From Octopus sinensis (Eukaryota): a DNA stretch of 64,000 bases. The notes below the pieces were generated by a model. It saw only the letters and a list, made by a program, of their open reading frames with translations, was not told the origin of the DNA and did not search any database. Numbering within the stretch: position 1 is the first letter of the stretch; each line of letters begins with the position of its first letter. Below are positions 38,969 through 53,238 of this stretch, one piece after another. The stretch is from assembly GCF_006345805.1 (NCBI RefSeq), contig NC_043000.1, forward strand, positions 120,466,001 to 120,530,000. Reading direction: 5' to 3'. The translations under genes were made by a program, and so were the position numbers.

Positions 38969-39514
38969 ATATTTCCCATCCTGCATATTTATTTTATAGT
39001 GTGTTATTATTTATATCTTGAATTACGTATATATGGGGACACCAAAATCTTTTATGTGATTAGGGCCTCTATGGTCTTTAATCCGGCCCTGACTTCGAAA
39101 GGCTGAAAGACCAATTTAACTTCGGCATGATTCGGGTTGTTAGTGCACAGTGTGGGATCATATAGAGCGAGACAGTCTATACGTCGCCTAATATGAGCAC
39201 AGTTGCTATCCTAAATGCCGAATTTGGTGATATATACCTCGTAAGAGGTACTTTTTTTACAAAAATATAGTCTCAAATATATTATCCCAGGTCCTACATG
39301 CGAAGTTAAGTCTCCCACAAGGTAGGTAATTTTGTCTCTAACACTCACAACTGCAGGCTATTTTCCCCTGAATATATGATGCTAAAATGATCGTATGTCT
39401 TTTATACCATCAATTACGATGGCTACCGTTTCAATATAAGCATTTGAAAATTACAAGGTGTGAGAAAAGAACTCCGAGAGAATTGTCAAGAAATATATAC
39501 CAGCATTTTCAATA

Positions 39515-39865
39515 GAGGCATGGCTGTGTGGTAAGAAGGTTGCTTCCCAACCACATGGTTCTGGGTCCAGTCTCACTGCGTAGCACCTTGGACAAGTATC
39601 TTCTACTATAGTTTCAGGCCGACCAAATCCTTGTGAGTGGATTTGGTAGATGGAAACTGAAAGAAGCCCGTCGTATACATATATGTATGTATGTATGTGT
39701 GTGTCTTCGTTTGTCTTCCACTACCGCTTGCCAACTGTTGTTGGTGTGTTTACGTCCCCGTAACCTACAGTTCGACAAAAGAGATCGAGAGAATAAGTAC
39801 CAGGTTTAAGAACAAGGGCGGTACTCCAGGATGGCCGCAGTCTAGTAACTAAAACAAGGAAAAAA
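39515..39865 (+). mobile_element. SINE family C, near complete
   Basis: AGGCATGGCTGTGTGGTAAGAAG...CCAGGATGGCCGCAGTC. Confidence 0.85.
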
Positions 39866-39989
39866 CAAACGTTAAAATATATAATCTTAATCTCACGGCG
39901 ACAGAGAAGCACTTACATGTCGAGAGTCCAATTCCTTCACCACTCCATCCCAGCCAGTCACCTCTCTCCTCACTCATTAGATGCACTCA

Positions 39990-40565
39990 CTATCCTCCTC
40001 TCTCAACCACAAATAATTTACTCACAAACCGATTCTCTCTCACTGTCATTCACTCACTCACACACTCACTCACTCACTCACTCAGTCAAACACTCACTCA
40101 CACATTCACTCATTCACTCATTCACTCACTCACAGACTCACACTCACACACTCACTCACTCACTCTCACACTCAGTTAGTCATTCACTCACTCACTCACT
40201 CTTACACTCAGTCACTCACACAGTCACTCACACACTCACTCACTCACACACTCACGCACACACTCACTCACTCACACACTCACGCACTCAGTCACTCACC
40301 CACTCATACACACACTCACTCACTCACTCACTCACACACTCACTCACTCACTAACTCACTCACTCACTCACTCACTCACTCACACACTCACTCACTCACT
40401 CATTCACTCACACACTAACTCACTCACTCACTCACTCACTAACTCACTCACTCACTCACTCACTCACACACTCACTCACCCACTCACTCACTCACACACT
40501 CACTCACACACTCACACACTCACTCACTCACTCACTCACACACTCACACACTCACTCACTCACGC
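39990..40565. repeat. (CACT)n degenerate tetranucleotide array
   Basis: Direct reading. Confidence 0.9.
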
Positions 40566-40916
40566 TATCCCCCCTCTCTCTCTCCCATATACACACATTA
40601 AGAATTCACTCAAAACATGCACTCAGTCACCCACGGTGTCATTCTCTTAGCCATGCTCCACTCACACCTTTACATATTTTTTTTCGATACTACTCATTAA
40701 CTTGATTCTTGGTTATCTTTCAATATCATGTCTTGCTCGAATTTCGATTTTTCTCTATAACTCCTCCTTCTTTCGATAAATTTCTCATTAAATTACTTTT
40801 TTTTATTTTTGTTTTGTTATTCTTTTTCTTCGTTTATATCTTTATCATTGTCTTCCTATTTTGTCTTTTATTAATTTCTTCCCTCTCATTGAATGCTTCA
40901 TTTTCTTATCACCTGC

Positions 40917-41018
<102 letters not shown>

Positions 41019-41066
41019 ATCTATCTGTGTGTCTGTCTTCTGTTTGTCAATCTGTTTATCTATCTG

Positions 41067-41420
41067 CATGGCTCAGTGGTTAGAGCGTCGCGCTTACTAT
41101 TGTGAGAGTGTGAGTTCGATTCCCGGACCGGGCTGCGTCTTGTTTTCTTGAGCAAGACACTTTATTTCATGTCACTCAAGACACTTTATTTCATGCATGC
41201 TCCAGTTCACTCAGCTGTAGAAATGAGTTGCGACATCACTGGTGCCAGGCTGTATCGGCCCCTTTGCCTTTCCCTTGGATAACATCGGTGGTGTGGAGAG
41301 GGGAGGCTGGTATGCATGAGCCACTGCTGGCCTTCCACAAACATCCTTGCCCGTACTTGTGTCTCGGAGGGTAACTTTCTATGTCCAATCCCATGGTCAG
41401 TCAAGACCGAAGGGAGTCTT
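41067..41420 (+). mobile_element. tRNA-derived SINE family D, after (CTAT)n
   Basis: TGGCTCAGTGGTTAGAGCG (A box), GAGTTCGATTCC (B box), TTGAGCAAGACACTT...TGCTCCAGTTCACTCAGCTG core. Internal ~24-bp duplication. Confidence 0.8.
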
Positions 41421-42178
41421 CTCCTCCGCCTCCTCCTCATGCATGTGTATGCATACATGTGCGTTTGCACACACATACACACACAGAATAAACCTGTTAA
41501 TAGTTATACATTAAATTGGCTAAACAATTGTAAATACCCAGGCAAATTCTCAACCCATTCAATCCAAACCACTTTCACTCCAAGGTGCAACACTGTGGGT
41601 CTGAACCTGGAACCATGTAGTTGGGAAGCAAGTGTCATACATCGCAGCTAAGCCTTATCTTTTCCCATTTATTTTGATTTAATTCATAACTTTAGAAAAA
41701 AAAAACTCCCAACATTCCTACCTCCACGTTTCCTCTTTGCATTTTCAGCTTTCTCGGTCATATCTCCGAATAGCAGTATATTTGGTAATCATATCGTGTG
41801 ATCTAATTACTCCGATGTCTCTCGAGATGAAACAAGATTCTTAACAATCTATACGGCCCTATATTGTGTGGTCAGATAAATTTATTCATTTTGCAACCAT
41901 CCTTATTTACTTTGGTCCTGTCCGATGTTATCTGGAAAATAACGAAAAATGTTGTTGTCTTTTATGTATGTTTTTTCTAACTCTATTCTTCTTATGAAAC
42001 TTTTGTTTATCGTCTTTGAAATTATTATAAATTTTTATCTCTTTTCAGATATGTGACGATCGAGTGCCAAGAAAGGAAAGAAAGAAAAACCGAACGAGTT
42101 TATCTGAAAACTCAGTACTATCTGAATAAATTATCGACGTTCGTTTCGTAATGGCAAAAACTAACCCTTTCTCTAAAC

Positions 42179-42408
42179 CAGTGTTTCTCAACTATTTCTT
42201 TTTCTAGGAATCCCTCGATTCCTATTTTACTCGGGTGGAACCTCATAGCTATTTGATGTTTAAAAAATTGTATTATACATTAATAATCGAATTACTAATT
42301 GTTAGTAACTGCATTATAGGAGTATAAGCCATTTATTGTTAATAAATTTTAACAAAAATCTTATATGGACCCCGCTTGCAAACCACTGGACCAGTTGCAA
42401 CTACACCG
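42179..42408. mobile_element. Possible hAT/Charlie-type MITE relic
   Basis: Left end CAGTGTTTCTCAAC after CTCTAAAC; decayed right end followed by TTCTAG (NTCTAGAN-like target). Confidence 0.4.
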
Positions 42409-42494
42409 TTCTAGCCAACATATACAGTAACACGACACTACAAACGGTAATACAAAGTCCACACTCCACAGAAAATATATATTATTGACCACAT

Positions 42495-42730
42495 AAGGCA
42501 GTGAGCTGGCAGAAACGTTAGCACGCCGGGCAAAATGCGTAACCGTATTTCGGGGGCCGCCACGTTCTGAGTTCAAATTCCACCGAGGGGGACTTTGCCT
42601 TTCATCCTTTCGGGGTCGATTAAATAAAGTACCAGTTTCGCACTGGGGTCGATATAATCGACTTAATCCGTTTGTCTGTCCTTTTTTTGTTCCCACTGTG
42701 CTTAGCCCCTTGTGGGTAGTAAAGAAATAG
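42495..42730 (+). mobile_element. Complete SINE A with degenerate TSD
   Basis: Aligns to 12974-13203. GAAAATATAT...TGACCAC on both sides. Confidence 0.85.
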
Positions 42731-43054
42731 AAAATATATTTAACTGACCACCTAGACTTCATGTCTGAGTGAAGTAAATTCGTTGTAAGAAAAACCGCCA
42801 TTTTCTAAAATGCCTCAATCAGAAATATTCCCACCGAGACTGAAATTGTAGGACACTGTAGGAGATGAAAAAAACATATAAAATTCAACGAAAATTTTGT
42901 ATAAAAGATTCTCTCTTTTGTGAAGATAGTCGAACATCGCACGCCATAACTGTACATCATAAATATGAGTACGTACGTGTGACAGTGGGTGTATATGCGT
43001 GATATGTATATAAGTGCTTATATATTACGATATATCTATATGCAACTTATACAC

Positions 43055-43059
<5 letters not shown>

Positions 43060-43135
<76 letters not shown>

Positions 43136-43511
43136 AGATAGGTAGATAGGTAGATGGATATATATAGATATAGATAGATATCAATGGATATATCTATACG
43201 AATATAAACAAATAATAAAACATATATACATATATATGCAAGACGGTATGTATTAAGGCGTGCACACACACACATACAGACGCACTCACACACGCACATA
43301 TGAATATGCAGATTAATATATGTGTGTATATGTGTGTATAATGTATGTATAAAGAGAGAATGAGAGGGAGGGCAAGCCATTCATTTTTTTAAACAAAATT
43401 CTTTTTTTTTTACATAAAGATTTTCAATCATATTCACTCTCACTATTCTTTTTAACTGCACGATGCTTCACTGTCGCTGTGGCTCTCCATCATATTTACC
43501 TCTTCATTTGT

Positions 43512-43554
<43 letters not shown>

Positions 43555-43788
43555 ATATATGTGTGTATGTATGTATTTACATATATATGTTATATATATA
43601 AATACATACATATATATGTGAATATGTATGTATGCACATGTATAAATATACATATGTATATGTACATGTATATATATATTTGTATATATATATAATATAT
43701 ATATACATATATATACACACAAATTTAAACAGATATATGTTATATATATATTTATGTATATAAATATGAATATGTATGTATGCAGGTG

Positions 43789-43827
<39 letters not shown>

Positions 43828-44124
43828 TGAGAGTATGTCTGTCATTTCCAACATGTCACACTTTGGACCTCATCGTCTGTATCACCGCCTCATATTTAAA
43901 TTACTCTCCTTCGATCATCCCCTCTCTTTCTCTCTAAATCCGTTTCTTCGCTTTTTCTAAAGAACTACAAATATTCTTCCCACAATAACCTTTTTCTCCC
44001 TGTCATATTCTCTCTGAATCACCTTTCCCTCCTCAGATACTCATCTTATACCAAATTACTATCGTTAATTTTTTTTCGCTTCTTTATTCCAACTCACTAT
44101 CATATCCTTTCTCTCTCGATACAT

Positions 44125-44174
<50 letters not shown>

Positions 44175-44180
44175 CATACA

Positions 44181-44229
<49 letters not shown>

Positions 44230-44263
44230 TATATATGTATATATATATATATGTATAATAATA

Positions 44264-44296
<33 letters not shown>

Positions 44297-44481
44297 CATA
44301 CATACATACATTCATACGTATGTAACATGCATATCCCAAAAGAAATATATATATATATATATACATACATATATACATATATACGGACACAAGCATATAT
44401 GTATGTATGTGTCCGTATTATATAAATGTGTGTGTGCGAGTGTGCACAACTGAAGATATACATGCACACCCTCATACATAC

Positions 44482-44537
<56 letters not shown>

Positions 44538-44708
44538 ATATTCACATATGTATACACCACATATATATATATATACATAATATATATAGATATATAGATA
44601 TATGTATAAATATGTATGTATATACAAATAAATATATATATATTTATATATTATATATATGTATACACATAGGCGTATATACATATATTTTCAGGTACAG
44701 GCATAAGC

Positions 44709-44770
<62 letters not shown>
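43060..44770. repeat. (TA)n/(TATG)n/(TATC)n microsatellite field with short unique spacers
   Basis: Direct reading. Confidence 0.85.
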
Positions 44771-44772
<2 letters not shown>

Positions 44773-45002
44773 GTGTGTGTTATCACAATGGACGGACGCT
44801 AGTCATATCGGCTCCAAGTAAGTTGGCCACTTTTACATGTTTAAAACTCCTTGTTGTCAAATATTTTGTTTTAATCGTTGTGCAAATTCATTCACTAAAA
44901 AACCTGAGAATTATTCACGTAGAATTCCGCCCCTGTATGGGCGAAATTACAAAAAAACTTTCAAAACTTTCGTGGGTTTTTTAGCCATTTTTCATTTTGA
45001 AA

Positions 45003-47005
45003 ATGGCAACTAGAAACCACGTGGCTAGCCCGCCAGTCATGCAGAACGGTAGCAAAACACTATTGCTACCACTACTGCTAAACATCGCAGCGTGAACACC
45101 GCTGTCACCACCATCACCACCACCACCAACAACAACAACAACAAATCTAACGTCGCATTCACCATCGCCGCGACCAAAGACATTAACTTAGATTTCCCCT
45201 CACTCCCCACCCCACTTGTTGATGATAAAGGGACAGAGAAAGGGATTTCAAAATGAATAACAAACGAAAACATGAATGCCAGCACCACCCCCATCACCAC
45301 CAACAACAACAACAACGAATTGGGCACAAGCCGCCTACCAAGACAACACCGCCAACACCAACACCACTACTACGACGTCAAATGCTACATCCAAGCCTTC
45401 TGCTGCTAATACCGCCAACACCAACACCACTACATGACTTCATTAACACTGCCACAATTAACACTTCTACTGCCAAATTCAAAACGAATTTTGCGGACGT
45501 AACAAAACAAAAAAAAACAATTGTAACATTCACCACACAAGAGATAAACCGCACAAAGGCACTCTTCTCCAAAGAAGGAGACAAATTGCACCTTCATATT
45601 CCACAACACATCGTGGAAAACACGCAAAAAAAAACAATAATTTATAAAGTAATAAACAAAAAAACAAGAAGAACAGAAAATGCACCGCAGGAAAAAATCG
45701 ATAAATGCCTTCGTCCTGTATGGGACTCCAAGGAATATATCAGTTGGGGAACAAATTTGGTACAGTCCAAGTACGTTTCCTCAACGAAAGTTTAGCAAAA
45801 CGTTTTTCCACATTGGAGCTACATTCGGACGACTGGTAATGATACCAGTCTATTTAAACAAAAAGGTCACGAAAGTCCAATAAAAAAACATACCGTTTGA
45901 TGTCGAAACACAATGGGTGGTCTCTGCCATCTGCTTTGAAATGTCAGAGACAATGTCAGAGACAATGTCAGGACAACATCCTGGAAATCGCGGTTCTAGG
46001 AGAGAAAGACTATGTGGGCAAATCAATCGAATTCCTGCTTCAATTGGATGAAGCAGCAGCAGAGAAGAGAAGATCCCACCGCTATAGAACTGCCAGGAGG
46101 CTACAAACTCTATATAGTGGTAGAGGGCAGGCGACCACGCTGCTATTTGTGTGGAAGCGAAACACACTTGAAAAAGACGTGCCCAACCACTGCACACCAA
46201 GAGCAACAACAACAACCACTACCACAACCAAAGCACTCCGGAAAAAAAGCTCTACTACCACACCACCACCACACACAGAAGACGACAAGAGAAGCACACC
46301 AAGCTAATCCGTCATCAACCAAAAACCACTCGACACCTGAAAAATACCAACACCATCAACAGCAAAACCCAAAGAACAAAACAAAGAAAACAACACCAAC
46401 TGATCCCCCATCCCTTATACCGCACTCAACACACACAAACACTCAACAACCAACAACAACGAAAACAACAACACACCACTTACACAGACATACATAGAAG
46501 CCCACAACATACCCCTACCCCTACCCCCTTCTGATTCCTCAGAAATTTCGTCGGAAGACAAACCAGTGAGGAATGGCAAATAGCTACAAAAAGAGGAAAA
46601 TAAAGAGCAGAAAACACAACCAAACCAATGCAAACACGAACAAAGCAGGGGAAATACATCTCCCGAAGACATTTCAAAACCCAACGCAAACAACAGCCAC
46701 ACCAACACCACAAAAACATATACAGCAAACATGCTCACAGCCATAGACACCAAAACAAACAAATTTGATGGAATACATCCAATCAAAACCACATAAAGAA
46801 GATGACATAAAAACAAAACAACCACCCATACACAACACCACCAGACCACATCAAAATACACATCTCCAAAAGTCTGCACCACACACTCAAAGGCATTTTC
46901 CCCAGTGCGGTTGGTAAATGCCAAAAATATCTCACAAAGAAACTGTACTGGGATCTTCTCGAGGACAAACCAACGGAGGAGAAAGCAAAAACTTTCGAGC
47001 AGTAA
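45003..47005 (+). pseudogene. Tx1-like ORF1 (gag-like), frameshifted
   Basis: ATG at 45003. IELPGGYKLYIVVEGRRPRCYLCGSETHLKKTC (CX2CX4HX4C knuckle); low-complexity Thr/Gln/Pro tails; stop ~47005. Confidence 0.75.
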
Positions 47006-47036
47006 GTAACCCTCTGTATTCTAATTCATTAGAACT

Positions 47037-50000
47037 ATGATCAAGATTGGTTGTGTAAATGCGCGTGGCTGGGGTCCCTTGGAAACAAAGGTACCTCTTA
47101 AATGACATAAAGTCACATAATTAGAAATCATAGCCATAAGCGAGACCAGACTCCACAATCCGCGGGCCCTAAGACCATGTTTGGCGGACAGTTCAACATT
47201 TATTTTTTCCCCTGTCTGCGGAATGGGCGGTAGTGGCACCGCGGTACTTTTTCACAAGAGTCTGGATCTCAATGTAAGGACAATATTCGTAGACCCGGAG
47301 GGTAGACTGGTCGTCCTGGATGTCGACGGCAGCAATGGTGCGCTTTTCGGCTTGTATCAGTTTACGCCACCGCCCTAACAGGTCGGGCGGATTTCTTTCA
47401 ACGTCTAGAAGTTTTCTTGGGAACGTCTCGTCCTTTACTCTTAGTGGGGGATTGGAATGCTACCTTGGACACGCATGTAGACTACGTGGGTAGAGATAGG
47501 AATAGACGGGGATGCAAATGCCTCAGAGACCTGCTCAGACGCTTTCAACTGTCTGACAGGTTTCGACTAGACCACCCGAATGCGCCAACGTGGACATGGA
47601 GCAACCGCATCGGGTCGTCGAGATCGTATCTAGATAGATACTGTGTAGGACAGTAGATAGAGATAGCATAGGATGTCCACAATTCCACATAGTCAGCTAC
47701 ACGGATCACAAACTTTGACATGTACGCTAGACTTAGGTAAGACACTTAGGCAGGGTCCCGGATACTGGAAACTAAACGCGTCTTTCCTCGAGGACAAGTT
47801 TTCAGAGACCGGATTAGCACACTAGTAAAGAGGGCTTTGACGGGAGCCATCATCAACAACAATGGTGGTTTGCCCTCAGAGAGCAGTAAAAAGCAGAAGC
47901 GATTAGGTACAGCAAAGCACTAGCCATAGATAGAAATAGAGTAGAGGGTGAGCTAGTTAAGAAGCTAGAAGAGGCAATTAGAAGCGGCATCGCATCCGAC
48001 GTTTTGGCGGCGAGGTTGGCCCTCGACCAACACTTCAACGCCAAACACGAAGGATGTGCTGTCAGAGCTAGATGCGTGCTCTAAGGAACGAAGGTGTTGG
48101 AGCCGCGAGAGAGGCCCGGGTGGCAGAGGCGCAACAGGGCAACAAAGCCACCATTCGGTCACTGTTAGATGAACAGGGGCGCGAATTGCTCGAGCCAAGT
48201 AAAATGTGTGAGGCCTTTCATCAGCAGCATTTTGCCCGACTGTTCGGAACGAGTGGAGGGCAAGACGTAGGGTGGACTTCAGTGCCTACCTACATGCCTA
48301 CCACGACTCTCGACAAGAAAGGCAGGGTGCTGCGAAGGTGCCATCACGGCGGCGGCGAAGTGCGGGAAGCGATGGCAGAATGCTCGAGGGACAAATCACC
48401 GGGTTTGGATGGTCTACCCTACGAGCTTTACAATTGTATGCCAGACTTGTTTGGAGATCTCTTGGCGGCGTGTACTGCAACTGGCAGCAAAACGGGAGCA
48501 TTCCTGGTTTTGTGAGCCGAGGAGCCGTAACACTGCTGAAGAAAGATCTAAACAAGGGAAATGTAATAGATAACTTTAGGCCCTCACTCTGCTTAATGCA
48601 GACTTGAAAATTTTGGCCAAGGTGCTAGCCAAGAGGTTGGCGCTTGTCATCGAGAAACTGGTCGACAAGGCGCAAACATGCGCCGTGCCAGGCCGGACCA
48701 TCCATGACAACCTCCATCTGATGCGCTACATCATAGACAGGGTAGTTAACGACCTGGCATGGGTGGGGCCCTGATCAACTTGGATCAATCAAAAGCCTTT
48801 GATAGGGTAGACCATCGATACTTGGAGGCAGTCCTGAGAGCGGCTGGTTTCGGTCCCGTCTTCCGCGGCTGGATAGCTGCCTTGTACAGAGGCATCCGTT
48901 CGGTAATTCGCGTAAATGGACATCTATCGAGACCTTTCGACATGCACGTTCGGTTCCGTCAGGGATGCCCCCTCGCGCTTCTATACGTATTGACTCTTGA
49001 GCCACTACTGCGGAAGCTGGCGACTCTAAGGGGCATCCCGCGAGAATTGGGATGCGGGACGAGCGTGTCTGCATACGCGGACGACGTCACCGTCATAGTG
49101 TCTAGCCACGAGCACATCGAGCTGGTCGGCGAGACACTGAAAAACTACGAAGCGGTGACAGGAGCGAAAATCAACCGGGAAAAGTCAGTGGGCTTGCGAC
49201 TAGGCACCTGGAGAAGCAAGCCCATGCCGTCCACCAGCGCCTCCGTCGTGGGACGCTGGACCGACGGCCCGGTTGAGTTGCTCGGGGTCTGGTTTGGTCC
49301 GGACCTCCAGTGGAGAAGAACTGGAACGAGATATACGAGTAGGTGGTCACTCTCGCCCGGCAATGGGCCGAGAGGAAACTGTCCCTAAAAGGTCGAGCGG
49401 AGGTGGCGAACACGTACATCGCGTCCGTCATCTACTACCGCCTGACCGTCGTACCTTGTCCCGACCCTACCATTACCAAACTACAACGCATCCTCTTTCG
49501 CTTCATGTGGAAAGGATGCGTCCCGATGGTCAGGCGATCCATTTGCTGTCAAACAACCGTTAAAGGAGGGCTGGGCATGCCGTGGTTGATGATGCGCAGA
49601 CACGCGCTGAGACTGCGACATCTCTGGCTCTATGTAGACGACGGTGAACAGGTGTGGTCGCCGTTTGTGAGGCACGCTTTCCCGCAGCTCGTCTCCATGA
49701 CCGAACTGCAGTCGTGGATCAAAAAGGGCCGAGGAAGGGCGAATGGCACCGCGAGTGTCGCGTTGCTCTCAAGCAACTCTGCCGTCCTGGGTCGACCTTA
49801 AGTGACTTCAACACAACCAAAGCATTCTATAGGGGTTTAGTGGAGGGGAGGTACGACGACGAGCTCGGGGCGAACCTGGACGTCGACGAGGAGTACCTGA
49901 CCCGCCTGTTCGGGACGACTTTCGGGCCAGGGCCCATGGACAACTTCCAGAGATCCCTGGCCTGGCAGTGCTACCGAGAAGCGCTACCCGTTCGGGATAA

Positions 50001-50457
50001 GCTCTACAGACACGGCTCGAGAAACACGGGGCCGACCTGCCCGAGATGCGGTCAGAGCGACGAAACCGTTCTGCACGCACTCGTTCAGTGTCCAACAATT
50101 TCCGACCTGTGGGCTTATGTCGAACAACTGCTGTCACGTGTGGGACGAGTCGGTTTATCAGCTGAGTCTATCGTCAATATTGTCACGCCTCCTTCCTTCA
50201 AACGGGAAGGAAGAGCTATTTTCATCATCCTTGTGGCTATGGCGAAAGAATGTATCTGGTGGACGCGTCTGAAAGGATTGGAGACAAACACTTTCCTCTC
50301 TGGTCAATCTCTCATCAACTTCTTCAAGTACCACTTGAAAAGGAAAGTGAGAGTAGAGAGGCAAGTTTTGTCTAGCGAATGTTTTAAAAAAAGATGGGTG
50401 AATGTAGCAAGAATGGCACGTATGAATGACGAAGCCACCTTGAGCATAGTCCTATGA
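47037..50457 (+). pseudogene. Tx1-like ORF2 (APE, RT, C-terminal zinc finger), many frameshifts and stops
   Basis: MIKIGCVNARG, SETR, GDWN, YLDR; KSPGLDG, NFRP, LDQSKAFDRVDH, RQGCP, AYADD; CPRCGQSDETVLHALVQC. Confidence 0.92.
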
Positions 50458-50661
50458 ACCCAGAAATCGAAAACAGAGAGTTGCTTATTTGCAAAAAAAA
50501 AAAAAAAAAAAAAAAATATAAAATGTGACTTCATTGACCGAGGTTACCGTGGTCTTTTCCGCAGGCTTTTCTTTCCACGGGTAAACCTCACCTGTCCTCC
50601 CCTTTACACTTCATATTGACATTTCTGTGATAACGATCCCTATTGATCATTTTTTTTTCTC

Positions 50662-50700
<39 letters not shown>

Positions 50701-51018
50701 CCCCCCTTAATTTTGTCCTCTTTCTCTCCTTTTACGATCCCTTTTGATCGAACCTCCCCCTTCCTTTTTTTTTTTTTTTTTTTTAAATACCTTCAAAAGA
50801 AAAGCTCTACCTTGTAATCTGTTCTATCTGTGTGCAGCCCTGTGTGGCTAATAAAGAAACATATCTATGTGTGTGTGCATTCACATACTCACATATATAC
50901 ATATATGGTTATATACCTATAGACACAGTCACATATGTATATACAGACAATTATGTATGGCACATGCATTTATACATGCATAAGCATATCTACACGAGCA
51001 CACACGCACATACACATA

Positions 51019-51075
<57 letters not shown>

Positions 51076-51129
51076 GTACGCCAGCATATATAATTAATTA
51101 TTTCTTCTTGGCTTATCATATTACATTCC

Positions 51130-51590
51130 ACTTGCTCTCAAATTATCTCTTTCTTCTTCGTACAGCTCACGTCTCCCTAACGCACACTTCTCTCCTTCTC
51201 TCCTTTTCTCCTTCTCTACTTCTCTCCTTCTCTCCTCCTCTCTTTTTCTCCTTCTCTCCTTCTCTCCTTCTCTCATTTTCTCCTTCTCTCCTACTCTCGC
51301 ACTTACAATCTCCCTCCCATTTTCTCGCTCTACACTTTCCAGCTCCACTTTCGTCACCTTTCACTGCGTCTTACTCTACCCGCGTCTTTTACATATACGA
51401 CCGCCATTTTTCCTCCTTTCTTCCCTCCCTCACTAAATCAACTTTTCTCCTTATCATATGTCTCCCTTTCTAAGTATTTCTCTCTCTCTCTCTCTCTCCT
51501 TCACCTCCTTTCTCTCTTTTTCGTTCTCTCTTTCATTCTGTAGATCTTTTTTCTTTTGTCTCTTTCGCTTTTTCTCTTTCTCTTTCTCTT
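51130..51590. repeat. Pyrimidine-rich (TTCTCC/TCTCCT)n low-complexity tract
   Basis: Direct reading. Confidence 0.8.
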
Positions 51591-51969
51591 TCTGCGTAGA
51601 TATTTCTCAGAAGCTTCAACTTAGAAAAGATTTACATAGATTTCTTACAAGAGTTACAGATCGATATTTCTTAAATCAATCAACTCCAAATGAAATTGAT
51701 TCGAATTCCACTAAAAGAAAGGACATAAAAAAGGCAAAAAAAGACAAAAAACAAAATAATATTAATAATAAAAAATATAAAAAATAAAATGATTTCCACA
51801 AATATACGTCATGCATGAGCTTTAACCTTTTTGTAGGTCAGATCTGGATGATAGCTGAATCTCGTATTCTATTGGTTATGAAACTTGTCAGCACTTCATG
51901 TTTGGGTGTTTTTAAAGAAATAGCTATATCGTTTCAAATACATGTTTGTTTAGATGGAATAAATAAAAT

Positions 51970-52355
51970 GTTGGCGGCGCTCCGTCGGTTACGACGACGA
52001 GGGTTTCAGTTGATCCGATCAACGGAACATCTTGCTTGTGAAATTGACGTGCAAGTGGTTGATTGCTCCACAGACACGGGTACCCTTAACGTAGTTCTCG
52101 GGGTGATTCAGCGTGACACAGAGTGTGGCAAGGTTGGCCCCTTTGCAATACAGGTACAACAGAAACGGGAAGAAAGAGTGAGAGAAAATTGTGGTGAAAG
52201 AGTACAGCAGGGTTCGCCACCGCCTCCTGCCGGAGCCTCGTGGAGCTTTAGGTGTTTTCGCTCAATAAACACTCACAACGCCCGGTCTAGGAATCGAAAC
52301 CGCGATCCTACGACCGCCAGTCCGCTACCCTACCTACTGGGCTATTGCGCCTCCC
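51970..52355 (-). mobile_element. Complete SINE B (tail variant 1)
   Basis: From GGCGCTCCGTCGGTTACGACGACGAGGG to CTGGGCTATTGCGCCTCC. Confidence 0.88.
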
Positions 52356-52399
52356 CAAACAAAATATAAATAGTAATAATAATGAAACTACTACTACTG

Positions 52400-52642
52400 A
52401 TAATAATACAGCCTGAATTTTTGGTGCAGTGTGTGTGTGAGTGTGTGTGTGTGTGTGTGTGGAGGAGTGCGAAATTTGATTACGTCGATCGCAGTGCGTA
52501 ACTGGTACTTATTTTATCAACCCCAAAATGATGAGAAGTAAAGTCGCCCTGGGCCCAATTTGAACTCAGAATGTGAAAAGAAATGAAATGCCGCTAAACA
52601 TCCTGTTCAATATGCTAACAATTCTGGCCGCGCGCCACATTA
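52400..52642 (-). mobile_element. Degenerate SINE A with internal (TG)n
   Basis: AACTGGTACTTATTTTATCAACCCC...TTTGAACTCAGAA...GCTAACAATTCTGGCC. Confidence 0.7.
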
Positions 52643-53046
52643 ATAAACCTTTCTACTATTCTTTCTACTTTAGACCAAAAACCTGAAACTCTGGGGAATG
52701 AGACAGTCGACTACATCCTCAACCAGCCTGCTGGGTTTTTTTCTAGGCTGACGCCATATTCTTTGTGTCTCTTTCCCCGACAAGCACCCGTCCAGGCACA
52801 TCTTACGACTAGACCTTGTGACAATGGAGAATTTTTGAAGGAAAGGTACATCTGAGTAAAGGAGTGTATCTGCACGTAGGTATGTGTGTGTGTTTTAGCA
52901 GCCGGGTGACCTGGGGTAGAGGAGGTCTATTCAGGTAGCGATGCTGTTGTTTTTACAGTCCTCTCGGATTGCCGTATCAGTGTTTGCAACTGATGCTGCT
53001 GTGGGTGTTTCTGTTGCTACTGTCGGTACCTCTGCTGTTGTCTTCC

Positions 53047-53238
53047 CCTTCTTCTTCTTCTTCTTCTTCTTCTTCTTCTTCTTCTTCTTCTTCTTCTTCT
53101 TCGTCTTCTTCTTCTTCTTCTCTTCTTCTTCTTCTCTTCTTCTTCTTCTTCGTCGTCTTCTTCTTCTTCTTCTTCTTCTTCTTCTTCTTCTTCTTCTTCT
53201 TCTTCTTCTTCTTCTTCTTCTTCTTCTTCTTCTTCTTC
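53047..53238. repeat. (TTC)n microsatellite
   Basis: Direct reading. This explains the poly-R/E/K/F/S/L ORFs. Confidence 0.95.

Larger units (their letters stand above)
44781..50861 (+). mobile_element. Full-length (~6.1 kb) Tx1/L1-clade non-LTR retrotransposon with 15-bp TSD
   Basis: TATCTATGTGTGTGT at 44766-44780 and 50862-50876; two ORFs; AATAAA at 50850-50855; no poly(A) tail. Confidence 0.92.

Noticed and set aside
39020-39092. TAATCCGGCCCTG DNA-transposon-like end
   Set aside because: Only one terminus visible; no partner TIR or TSD.
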